Shown one piece after another: positions 30,782 to 41,362 of a stretch of 64,000 nucleotides of DNA (position 1 is the first letter of the stretch; each line of letters starts with the position of its first letter). The notes under the pieces were generated by a model. It saw nothing but the letters and a program-made list of their open reading frames with translations, was not told the origin of the DNA and did not search any database. Source of the stretch: Terriglobia bacterium (lineage in GTDB: Bacteria; Acidobacteriota; Terriglobia; JAJPHL01; JAPKYU01); NCBI GenBank assembly GCA_965206645.1, contig CBDBKE010000004.1:1664001-1728000 (forward strand), given 5' to 3'. The translations under genes were made by a program, and so were the position numbers.

Positions 30782-31762
30782 ATGCTCCAGGACAGCTACG
30801 GTCGGCAGATTCAAGACTTGCGCATCTCCATCACGGACCGCTGCAACTTCCGGTGCTTCTACTGCAAGAGCGCCGACCCGATGGTCTACTTCGGCACCGA
30901 TACAGTCTCCCTGGACGATTTCTACCGCCTGAGCCGGATTTTTGTAGGGCTGGGGATCAGGAAGGTCCGGGTGACAGGCGGGGAGCCGTTGCTGCGTCAT
31001 GGCGTGGAGCGATTCATCACCCAGCTCTCTTCCATCCCGGGGTTGGAGGACCGGGCCCTGACGACCAACGGCTGGCTTCTGGCGGAGAAGATCCAGGCGT
31101 TGACCGACGCCGGACTGACGCGGATCAACATCAGCATGGACTCGGTGCATCGAGACAAGTTCGCCAAGATCACTCGCACCGATGGCTACGATCGTGTGCT
31201 GAAGGGCATCGCGGCGGCTCAGGCCGCGGGCTTGGAACCGGTGAAGGTCAACGTGGTCCTGGTCCGTGGGTTGAATGACGATGAGGTAGTGGATTTCGCG
31301 GCGTTTGCCCGCGAGTGGAGCCTCATCGTCCGTTTCATTGAATTCATGCCTCTGGATGCCGACCGCAACTGGAAGCGGGAACTGGTGGTGACGGCCCGTG
31401 AAATCATCGAAAAGATTCGTGCGGTCTACCCGCTGGTGCCCATCGGGCGCGACACTCCCAGCTCGACGGCTCTGCGGTACCGCTTCGCCGACGGCCCCGG
31501 CGAAATCGGGTTGGTGGCCTCGGTTTCCATGCCGTTCTGCGGCATGTGCAGCCGCATTCGGCTGACCTCGGACGGCAAGATTCGGACCTGCCTCTTCTCC
31601 CTCGGGGACTACGACGTGAAGCCTCTTTTGCGCGGCGGCGCTTCCGACGAGGAGATTACCGACTTCATCTGCCGCGTGACCCGACTCAAGGAAGAGCGGC
31701 ATCACATCAACGATCCGGATTTCGCGAAACCGGAACGGACCATGGTGTTTATCGGGGGTTGA
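30782..31762 (+). CDS. moaA: GTP 3',8-cyclase
   Basis: LRISITDRCNFRCFYC, TGGEP, RFIEFMP, FCGMCSRIRLTSDG..TCL, C-terminal IGG. Confidence 0.97.
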   Translation: MLQDSYGRQIQDLRISITDRCNFRCFYCKSADPMVYFGTDTVSLDDFYRLSRIFVGLGIRKVRVTGGEPLLRHGVERFITQLSSIPGLEDRALTTNGWLLAEKIQALTDAGLTRINISMDSVHRDKFAKITRTDGYDRVLKGIAAAQAAGLEPVKVNVVLVRGLNDDEVVDFAAFAREWSLIVRFIEFMPLDADRNWKRELVVTAREIIEKIRAVYPLVPIGRDTPSSTALRYRFADGPGEIGLVASVSMPFCGMCSRIRLTSDGKIRTCLFSLGDYDVKPLLRGGASDEEITDFICRVTRLKEERHHINDPDFAKPERTMVFIGG

Positions 31763-31859
31763 CCCGCAGACCGACCTCAAACCGACGTGGTTCTCGAAGA
31801 CGGGGTTGTATAATAGGAGATGCTGGGTGTGGGACTGATGATCCGAGACGGCACATCGC

Positions 31860-33765
<1,906 letters not shown>

Positions 33766-33807
33766 CGTCAGGAAGAACATCGCGCCAGGAGGCCGCGCGT
33801 CCATCGT

Positions 33808-34332
33808 TTGTCCCCATCCTTCCTAGAAGCCCTGTTGCACCTGATGCAGGTTCAGCCTCGGGACCGCATCCTGGAGCTGGAGTGTGGCCAGGGAGAGCTT
33901 AGTGTTGCCCTGGCGGCGCGGGCGCCCGAGGGCATGGTGGTGGCCATGGATTCTTCACCGGATCGAGTGCGTCAGGCGCGCGTCCGGGGCGGCAATCTGG
34001 ACAACGTGATGTTCCTGCCGGGCGGCGCGGCGGAAATTCCCTGGAAACAGGATTTCTTTTCCAAAGCGCTCAGCCACGCTTTTCCCGTGGCCCGGCCCTC
34101 TGACCTTTACAATGTGCTGCGGGTGCTGACCCCAGAAGGGTTGTTTTATCTGATAGCTGAGCCGCATCCGCACTCAGACGATGTCCCTGTTGAGCCAGCT
34201 ACTATGGAGGAACTGGGGGAGGAACTGGGGGAGGAATGGGCGGAACGTTTGGAGGCGGCCGGATTTGGCGTGATCCAGGCGCACCACCTGCCGGAAAATC
34301 GCTCTCTGTTGGTGGGGAAAAAGCCGGCTTGA
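33808..34332 (+). CDS. Class I SAM-dependent methyltransferase
   Basis: ILELECGQG motif I variant, VVAMDSS, RVLTPEG. Confidence 0.75.
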   Translation: MSPSFLEALLHLMQVQPRDRILELECGQGELSVALAARAPEGMVVAMDSSPDRVRQARVRGGNLDNVMFLPGGAAEIPWKQDFFSKALSHAFPVARPSDLYNVLRVLTPEGLFYLIAEPHPHSDDVPVEPATMEELGEELGEEWAERLEAAGFGVIQAHHLPENRSLLVGKKPA

Positions 34333-34342
34333 TCCTAACCCC

Positions 34343-35164
34343 TTAGTCCCTGGCGGCTGGTACTTCCGTGCCGCGGCGCTCGGCTTTGCGGCGAAGCAGA
34401 TCCAGGTCGGCCACGCGAAACAGGGCCTCGAAGTCCATTCCCTTCTGGAAGACTGCCGTTCCGGCGCTGAAGCTCAGCGGGATGTGCCCTTCGGCGGCCT
34501 GAGCATTGTGTGCGCTCAGTTGTTCTTCCACGCGGCGAATCACCACCTCCGCGCCGACGCGTGTCGTCTCAGCCAGCAGCAACACAAACTCGTCGCCCCC
34601 GTACCGGGCCGCCACGTCGGAGCCGCGCGTGGAACCCTGCAGGACCTGGGCAAAGCTGGCCAGGGCCAGATCGCCGGCGATATGCCCGAACTTGTTGTTC
34701 AGCTCGTGGAAGCGGTTCAGATCCATGACCACCAGTGCCAGCGGTTCCCCTGCGCGCTCCGCCCGATTCATGTAATGGGTGGCGGATTCCATCAGCGCAG
34801 CCCGGTTGAAGACGCCGGTGAGCCGGTCGCGAAGGGCCTGCTCGGTGCGCAGGTGGCGCTGCAGCATCTCCGCCATCATTTGGAGCTGAGCGATCTGGGC
34901 GCGCTTGGTCAGATCCTGGGCCAGCCAGGCCAGCAACAACAGCAGGGTTAGCGCGGCGAAGAACATCGCGCTGGGGATTCGGATGTACTCCAGCTGCAGT
35001 TGCCCGCGGTCCAATACTACGGAAATCAGCATGCCGAACAGAGCCACGCCCAAGGCGGTCGCCAGGCCCAGTTCTCAAGGGCCGCGACGTTCCATGCGTC
35101 GCAACCGTTGTCGTAATTCCTCGGAGAGATCGCCCTGTCCGGGCCGGAGTTGTGGTGCGGGCAC
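34343..35164 (-). CDS. Membrane-anchored diguanylate cyclase (GGDEF); in-frame TGA at 35075-35077 if the GTG at 35164 is the start
   Basis: DRLTGVFNR, MDLNRFHELNNKFGH..GD, RGSD I-site, RYGGDEF. Open frame 34343-35053 with two TM segments. Confidence 0.85.
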
Positions 35165-35242
35165 GACGATGAATGCTAACAAGCGGGGGTTGCGTCTGCC
35201 AAGAAAAAATGGTGCGCGCCACTAGCCTGCCGGTTACATTCC

Positions 35243-37492
35243 TCACATTCTCAGGACACGTTCGATTTCATGGACACCGCTCACGCGGCGGATAGCTCCC
35301 ACAATCCGATCCAGGTGCCTGGTGTCGACGACCTCAATCGTAACGTCAATGGTGGCCTGGCCTTCGGCCGGGTGGCCTTTCGCCCCAATATCCCGGATAT
35401 TGGTGTTATCCTCGGCGATCACCGAGGTCAGGTCCCGCACCATGCCCGGCCGGTCTTCCACGTAGATCATCAGCTTGACAGGATACGCGGCGGCGAGCTG
35501 GGCGCCGCCAGCCCATTCCACTTCGATCTGGCGCTCCCGTTCGTAGAACAGGTTGGCCACATTGGAACAGGCCTTGGAATGTACGGCAATGCCCTTGCCG
35601 TGAGTGACGTACCCTACAATCTCTTCGCCCAGGATAGGATTGCAGCACTTGGCGCGATACACCAGCAGGTCCTCGGCCCCTCGGACGACAATGGGTTCTG
35701 CTTCGGAGCGGGCTGCTGCTGGCGCTTTCCTGACAGTCGGCGGTCGGCCTATCTCTTCCGGCGACCGCTCTTGCAAGGGCTCGGGGGCCAGCCTGGCCAG
35801 TACCTGGCGGGCTGAGTATTTGCCAAAGCCGATTGCGGCCACCAGATCGTCCGCCTTGTTGTAGCCATACTCCTGTGCGACCTTCTGGTAGGTCTCCTCA
35901 ATGACCTTCTTGAGGCTTACCTCGTACTTGCGGGATTCTTTTTCTAGCAGGCGCTTGCCGATTTCGATGGCCCGCGCGCGCTGGACGATGTTCAACCAGT
36001 GGCGGATCTTGTTGCGGGCCTTGGAAGTTTTGACAAAGCTCAGCCAGTCGCGGCTGGGAGTGCGCCCCTGTTGGGTGAGAATTTCTACAATATCACCGTT
36101 GTGCAATTTGTAGCGGAGCGGGACGATGCGCCCGTTGACCTTAGCTCCGATGCAGGAGTGGCCGACCTCGGTGTGGATCGTGTAGGCGAAATCCAGCGGG
36201 GTCGCCTCGCGGGGCAGAGTGACCACCTTGCCGCGCGGTGTAAAGGTGTAAACCTCTTCCGGGTACAGGTCAATTTTCAGCGTAGAGAGAAATTCTCTGG
36301 GATCCTGCATCTCGCGAGCCCACTCCACCAACTGGCGGAGCCAGGCGACGCGCTGGTCTTCGCTCCCGTCGCCGCGCGCCGTCTGGGTGTCCTTGCCGGG
36401 GGAGACTTTTCCCTCCTTGTATTTCCAGTGGGCGGCAATCCCCAGTTCGGCGCCCCGGTGCATCTCGTGGGTGCGGATCTGCACCTCGAAGGTCTGGCCG
36501 GTTTCCGTGATTACCGAGGTGTGTAGTGATTGGTACAGGTTCTGCCGAGGCATGGCAATGAAGTCCTTGATTCGCCCCGGCACCGGCCGCCACAGGTTGT
36601 GGATGACGCCGAGCGCGCCGTAACAGTCCTTGACCGATTCGGTGAGGAGACGCACGGCCGTCAGGTCATACACCTGATCCAGGCTGATGCGCTGCCGACG
36701 CAGTTTTTGATGGATGCTGTAAATCCGCTTGATGCGCCCTTCCACCACCGCCGGAATGCCGTGCTCCTTCATCTTGCCTTCCAGGGTGACGGTCACTTGA
36801 TGGAGAAAGGCTTCATTGACGCGACGCTTGGAATCCAGTGATTGCCGGATTTCCTGAGAGGCCGCCGGTTCCAGATAACTGAAGGCCAGGTCCTCCAGTT
36901 CGCCGCGCACCTTGCTCATTCCCAGGCGGTGCGCCAGCGGGGAATAAATCTCCATGGTTTCGCGGGCAATGGCCTGCTGGCGGTCCGGGGGGAGGTACTG
37001 CAAGGTTCGCATATTGTGCAGCCTGTCGGCCAATTTGATCAGGATCACCCGGATGTCATCCACCATGGCCAGCAGCATCTTGCGCATGTTTTCGGCTTGT
37101 TGCGCCTCGGCAGTGAAGAACTCCAGCCGGCTGATCTTCGTCAGTCCCTCCACCAAGTGGGTGACTTCCGGGCCAAACTGCCCGCTCAGCTCCCCCGGGG
37201 TCACGTCGGTGTCCTCCAGGATGTCGTGCAGCAGTCCGGTGGCGACGCAGACCACGTCCAGTTTCATCTCTGCAAGCAGGTACGCGACTTCCAGTGGATG
37301 GGATAGGTAGGGCTCTCCCGACATCCGCACCTGGCGCATGTGGTGCTGCGCCGAAAAGTCATAAGCGCGCCGCAGCGGGTCCAGATCGTCCTGGGGACGG
37401 TTTTGCTGGACCAGCTTCCGCAGCTCCTCGAAGCGCGCCAACGGCGAAACGTTTTCCGGGAGTGTTTGCGAAGATTTGGCCGGGCTTTCCAT
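35243..37492 (-). CDS. relA: Bifunctional (p)ppGpp synthetase/hydrolase
   Basis: SGEPYLSHP, LLHDILED (HD), KLADRLHNMRT, YQSLHT, EVQIRT, TGS, CC and ACT domains (Rel/SpoT long RSH). Confidence 0.96.
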   Translation of the reverse strand: MESPAKSSQTLPENVSPLARFEELRKLVQQNRPQDDLDPLRRAYDFSAQHHMRQVRMSGEPYLSHPLEVAYLLAEMKLDVVCVATGLLHDILEDTDVTPGELSGQFGPEVTHLVEGLTKISRLEFFTAEAQQAENMRKMLLAMVDDIRVILIKLADRLHNMRTLQYLPPDRQQAIARETMEIYSPLAHRLGMSKVRGELEDLAFSYLEPAASQEIRQSLDSKRRVNEAFLHQVTVTLEGKMKEHGIPAVVEGRIKRIYSIHQKLRRQRISLDQVYDLTAVRLLTESVKDCYGALGVIHNLWRPVPGRIKDFIAMPRQNLYQSLHTSVITETGQTFEVQIRTHEMHRGAELGIAAHWKYKEGKVSPGKDTQTARGDGSEDQRVAWLRQLVEWAREMQDPREFLSTLKIDLYPEEVYTFTPRGKVVTLPREATPLDFAYTIHTEVGHSCIGAKVNGRIVPLRYKLHNGDIVEILTQQGRTPSRDWLSFVKTSKARNKIRHWLNIVQRARAIEIGKRLLEKESRKYEVSLKKVIEETYQKVAQEYGYNKADDLVAAIGFGKYSARQVLARLAPEPLQERSPEEIGRPPTVRKAPAAARSEAEPIVVRGAEDLLVYRAKCCNPILGEEIVGYVTHGKGIAVHSKACSNVANLFYERERQIEVEWAGGAQLAAAYPVKLMIYVEDRPGMVRDLTSVIAEDNTNIRDIGAKGHPAEGQATIDVTIEVVDTRHLDRIVGAIRRVSGVHEIERVLRM

Positions 37493-37593
37493 TTAAAGTG
37501 GCGCAGCTCCGAACCACTACAGAGAAAGAAGAAAAAAATAGCCTTGCTCGCGGGAACCCCGATGCAAGGCTAATTATAGAAGAAACAGCGTGC

Positions 37594-38379
37594 TTATTGT
37601 CCCGTGGTGGTCTTCGCGGCTCTCTGTTTCTTGACTTCCAGCGTCTTCTGGATCCACTCGTCAGCCTTCTTCAGGTCTTCCGTGCGGGCTTCCTCAGAAG
37701 CCTGGCAGTCGGCCTGTTCGCGGTACGTCAGGTTGATGTAGGCCATGGCGTCGTCATAGTCGGGGCGTAGCTCGACGGCCTTGTTCAACATGGTGAAGGC
37801 TTCCTCGATGAGCGGCATGTTGTTTTCGCACAGGTCCTCGCGGACCTCGCGGTCCTTGATGGGCTCGTCGGGCCCAATTCCCAACGCCGCCTTCACTTCC
37901 ATGCGAGGCTGGTAGGTCTGGGTCCAATTAATCACGCCTACCGAGTAGTAGGGTTGCGGGTCGGAAGGATTAATCTGGATTTGCTTCTGATACCACTCTT
38001 TGGCTTTCTCCATCCTCTTCATGTTGAGATAGATGTTGGCAATTCCGGCCACGCTGTTGACGTTCTGGGGGTCGACCTCCAGCACCCTCTGGTATTCGAC
38101 GATCGCCTGCTCGCCGTTCCGCGTGTTCTCTTCCGAGTCCACCCCAGGCATGAATTGGTTGGCGTAAGCGGTCGCCAGATAGATCCGCGCATTGAGCAGA
38201 CCCGGGTCCAGCTCGGTCGCCCGTTTGAAATGCTCGATGGCTTCTTGGTACCGCGCGCTCCTGTAGGACCGGACACCCTTGTTGAGCTGGTCGCGCGCCT
38301 TGAGCTGCTGACAACCACTGGCCACCAGCGCCGCCAACAGGACCGCAGCCAACGCGCTGAGTTTGGTAGGATGGCGCAT
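37594..38379 (-). CDS. TPR lipoprotein
   Basis: LVASG-C lipobox, repeated TPR helices (AIEHFKRATELDP; YQRVLEVDP). Confidence 0.85.
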   Translation of the reverse strand: MRHPTKLSALAAVLLAALVASGCQQLKARDQLNKGVRSYRSARYQEAIEHFKRATELDPGLLNARIYLATAYANQFMPGVDSEENTRNGEQAIVEYQRVLEVDPQNVNSVAGIANIYLNMKRMEKAKEWYQKQIQINPSDPQPYYSVGVINWTQTYQPRMEVKAALGIGPDEPIKDREVREDLCENNMPLIEEAFTMLNKAVELRPDYDDAMAYINLTYREQADCQASEEARTEDLKKADEWIQKTLEVKKQRAAKTTTGQ

Positions 38380-38452
38380 CTTTCCTCCCTTTCTACCTTC
38401 TCCCGGGTCGGAGACCTCCGCCCCAGGAATGTTTCCTGCCGTCCGTCACTCG

Positions 38453-38881
38453 CTATTCGCCTGCCTCGATCTTCGCCGTGATCAGACCAACCTTGTCAAT
38501 GCCAGTGCCTGTGGCAATGTCAATGACACGAGCGACCTCGAGCCACTCCAGGCTGGGATGGCCCTTGACGAACGCCACGCGCTCGGCCCGGGTCTTGAAG
38601 ATGCCTTCCAGGCGCGGCCCTAGAGTCCTCTCGCTGACCACCTCCTGATTGATCCTCAACTGCTTGTTCGCATCGATCTGGATCACAATGGTACGCGATA
38701 TCTGGTCGGGTGGCGGAGCTGTGGGATTCGGGTTAGGTTGGGGCACCAGCGCGTCCAGCCCCTTGGGCGTCAGCGGGGTGATTACCATGAAGATGATAAT
38801 CAGCACCAGCAGAACGTCAATCAACGGTGTGATGTTGATGTCGGACAAGTTTCCTTTTCCTTCGCCTACCGCCATTGCCAT
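38453..38881 (-). CDS. exbD: Biopolymer transporter ExbD/TolR
   Basis: INITPLIDVLLVLIIIFMV. Confidence 0.92.
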   Translation of the reverse strand: MAMAVGEGKGNLSDINITPLIDVLLVLIIIFMVITPLTPKGLDALVPQPNPNPTAPPPDQISRTIVIQIDANKQLRINQEVVSERTLGPRLEGIFKTRAERVAFVKGHPSLEWLEVARVIDIATGTGIDKVGLITAKIEAGE

Positions 38882-38965
38882 AACGATTCTTCCTCCTCTA
38901 GCTTGAAAATCCGGGCTGGCCCCCTTGCTGGCTAGAGCAAGGGGCAAATCCTCGAGCGACGGCGA

Positions 38966-39412
38966 CTAGCCGCCGCTAGGAATCGTATCTTCAATCTTTT
39001 CCGTGAGCATACCCAGTTTGTCGACCCCGGCTGACCGGACATTGTCCACTACGTCCACGACGTCCTTATACTTGGCGCGGGCGTCGCTCTTGATGTAGAC
39101 CGTTTTGTCCAAACGATTCGAAACCAGGTCCTTCACCGTGGGGGTCAAGGTCTCGACCCGAATCTTGCTCGCTCCCGTGGGGTGCTGCAGAAAGATGTTG
39201 CCGTCCCGGGTGATGGCCACCACGATCGCATCGTCCCTGTCAGCATCCTTCATCGCATGCGGGTTTTTGGTCCTAGCCAGGTCCACGCTGACGCCTTTTT
39301 GCAGCATCGGCGTAATCACCATGAAAATAATCAGAAGCACCAACATCACATCCGCCATCGGGGTGACGTTGATGTTCGAATTCATCGCATTCATGCGTTT
39401 GGTCAGTGCCAT
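38966..39412 (-). CDS. exbD: Biopolymer transporter ExbD/TolR (second copy)
   Basis: INVTPMADVMLVLLIIFMV, IKSDARAKY. Confidence 0.92.
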   Translation of the reverse strand: MALTKRMNAMNSNINVTPMADVMLVLLIIFMVITPMLQKGVSVDLARTKNPHAMKDADRDDAIVVAITRDGNIFLQHPTGASKIRVETLTPTVKDLVSNRLDKTVYIKSDARAKYKDVVDVVDNVRSAGVDKLGMLTEKIEDTIPSGG

Positions 39413-39480
39413 GACACTGTCTCCTTGGTCCCGCGTCGGGTTCCGTCGCGCTTTTGCAGCACGCCGCCGCAGGCCGGCTA

Positions 39481-40215
39481 CTACTTCCGGGCGCGGGCTT
39501 GCGAACGCTTCAGGAAGTAATCAATCAATTCACTGGAGCTGTTGTCCATTTCCACGTCGAAGCCATCTACTCTGGTGGTGAAGTAGTTGTACATCCACAC
39601 GGCCGGGATGGCTACGAACAAGCCGAGCGCGGTGAGCACCAGGGCCTCGGCAATTCCACCCGCCACCGCCGCCAGGCCGGTGGACTTTTCAGCGGAAATT
39701 CCGCGAAACGCGTTAATGATGCCCACCACGGTGCCGAGGAGCCCCACGAAGGGGGCGGTCGACCCGATCGTAGCCAGGCCACTCAGGCCGCGTTTCAATT
39801 CGGCGTGAACAATGGCCCCGGCGCGGTCCAGTGCCCGCTTGGAAGCCTCGATCTCTTCGCCTGGGATTTCCGCACTTAGCTGGTGCGCCTGAAATTCCTG
39901 CAGACCGGCAGTGACCACCTTGGCCAGGTGACTCTTTTTGTGGCGCTCGGCGATGTGGATGGCTTCGTCAATCTTGCCTTCCCGCAAGGCCCCGGCCACG
40001 GCCGGTGCGAACTGGCGGGACTGTTTTCGGGCTGCGGAAAAAGCGATCCATCGGTCAATCATCACGCCAATGGACCAAGCGGACATTACGAACAGCCCGA
40101 ACCCGATCCCCCGGGCGCCCCAGCCCATCTGTTTCCACATCGACATGAGGTCCCATCCGATGGTGGCTTCCTGAAACAGCCACAGGGCCAACGAACTTAA
40201 ATGAACGGTTAGCAT
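39481..40215 (-). CDS. exbB: MotA/TolQ/ExbB proton channel protein
   Basis: LATIGSTAPFVGLLGTVVGI, GIAEALVLTALGLFVAIPA. Confidence 0.93.
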   Translation of the reverse strand: MLTVHLSSLALWLFQEATIGWDLMSMWKQMGWGARGIGFGLFVMSAWSIGVMIDRWIAFSAARKQSRQFAPAVAGALREGKIDEAIHIAERHKKSHLAKVVTAGLQEFQAHQLSAEIPGEEIEASKRALDRAGAIVHAELKRGLSGLATIGSTAPFVGLLGTVVGIINAFRGISAEKSTGLAAVAGGIAEALVLTALGLFVAIPAVWMYNYFTTRVDGFDVEMDNSSSELIDYFLKRSQARARK

Positions 40216-40323
40216 TGTTTCTCTATCTCCCTTTCAGGTATTGAGCGCGATGTTCAAAATACGGACCGGAAACTGGGCCGCGGGCGGTTACATCGCCAAC
40301 CGCCTCCGCCGGCGGCCAAACCT

Positions 40324-40564
40324 GCCATTACATCAGGCCACTACATCAGGCCACTACATCAGGCCACTACATCAGGCCACTACATCAGGCCACTACATCA
40401 GGCCACTACATCAGGCCACTACATCAGCCATTACATCAGGCCACTACATCAGGCCACTACATCAGGCCACTACATCAGGCCACTACATCAGGCCACTACA
40501 TCAGGCCACTACATCACTACATCAGGCCACTACATCAGGCCACTACATCAGGCCACTACATCAG
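40324..40564. repeat. Tandem array of a 13-bp unit GCCACTACATCAG (~19 units)
   Basis: Near-perfect units. Variant GCCATTACATCAG at 40324 and 40427, a 12-bp unit at 40415, truncated units at 40505-40525. Confidence 0.97.
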
Positions 40565-40577
40565 AGAGAAGTGCACA

Positions 40578-41327
40578 TTAATTCAGAGTGAATATCACAT
40601 CAATGGTGGTGGCAACTTCCACCGGTTGGCCATTCAAAACGGTCGGGTGGTAGCGCCACTGCCGCACGGCATCGAGTGCCGACTGAACCAGCAGGGGGTG
40701 GCCTTTGACCACCCGCAGCTGCTGGATGGTGCCGTCCTTGGCGATGACCGCCTCCAGTTGCACGGTCCCCTGGATACGCGCCTGCTTGGCCAAAGGCGGA
40801 TAGAGTGGGCTAGGCTGGTTGAGCAACCGGGCTTTCTGCACACTTCCGCCCACGCGAATGCGCTTCGGGGTTACTGGCCTGGGTGGGGGGGGAGGCGGCG
40901 CCACGAGGGGCGTGGAGCTAATGATACCGCCGATGACCCCGCCCGGCGTGCCACCAGGGATACCGCCAGGGACACCTCCAACGACGCCAGCCACGGCGGC
41001 CGAGGGAGGAGGCAGCTCCTCTTCCTTGATGATCGCAATTTCCTCGGGAATCTCCTTGGGAGCGAGCAGGCGTCCGGCATCAAATTCCTTCGGAATCACC
41101 TTCCTCACAATCTCTGCGATGTCAACAGCAGGCGGTGGTGGGGGTGGGGGTGGGGGCGCCACCAGAAACGTCATCAGTTCCCCACCGGGCAGAGCCTCCG
41201 TGTAAATCAACGGGATCAGGATCAGAATCCCGACGAGAAAGCACTGGCAGATCACGGAGAACAGCACGGTGTAAGGCTTCTTGGTCTTGCCCATCTCCGC
41301 CATCTCCAACAAACTTTGCTCAAACAT
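40578..41327 (-). CDS. tonB: Energy transducer TonB
   Basis: N-terminal TM, Pro-rich linker, GVVGGVPGG, YPPLAKQARIQGTVQL..AVRQWRY. Confidence 0.93.
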   Translation of the reverse strand: MFEQSLLEMAEMGKTKKPYTVLFSVICQCFLVGILILIPLIYTEALPGGELMTFLVAPPPPPPPPPAVDIAEIVRKVIPKEFDAGRLLAPKEIPEEIAIIKEEELPPPSAAVAGVVGGVPGGIPGGTPGGVIGGIISSTPLVAPPPPPPRPVTPKRIRVGGSVQKARLLNQPSPLYPPLAKQARIQGTVQLEAVIAKDGTIQQLRVVKGHPLLVQSALDAVRQWRYHPTVLNGQPVEVATTIDVIFTLN

Positions 41328-41362
41328 GTCTTACACCCCCCGGTTTCGTGTCGCGACGAAAC

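Noticed and set aside
34207-34236. 12-bp tandem duplications (GAGGAACTGGGG; also GGCCAAACCTC near 50900-50925)
   Set aside because: Two-copy in-frame duplications with no evidence of function.
35075-35077. Selenocysteine or genome-wide TGA recoding
   Set aside because: Many genes here end in TGA, the context is not redox-active, and no SECIS-like hairpin is evident.
40324-40564. CRISPR array
   Set aside because: Contiguous 13-bp units with no unique spacers and no cas genes.
40241-40591. 116-aa repeat ORF as a real gene
   Set aside because: Antisense to the operon, TTG start, and open only because the repeat lacks stops on that strand. Kept as a hypothesis under the array finding.
40880-41160. 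G-rich tracts in tonB as phase-variable repeats
   Set aside because: They encode the normal poly-proline linkers and the frame is intact.
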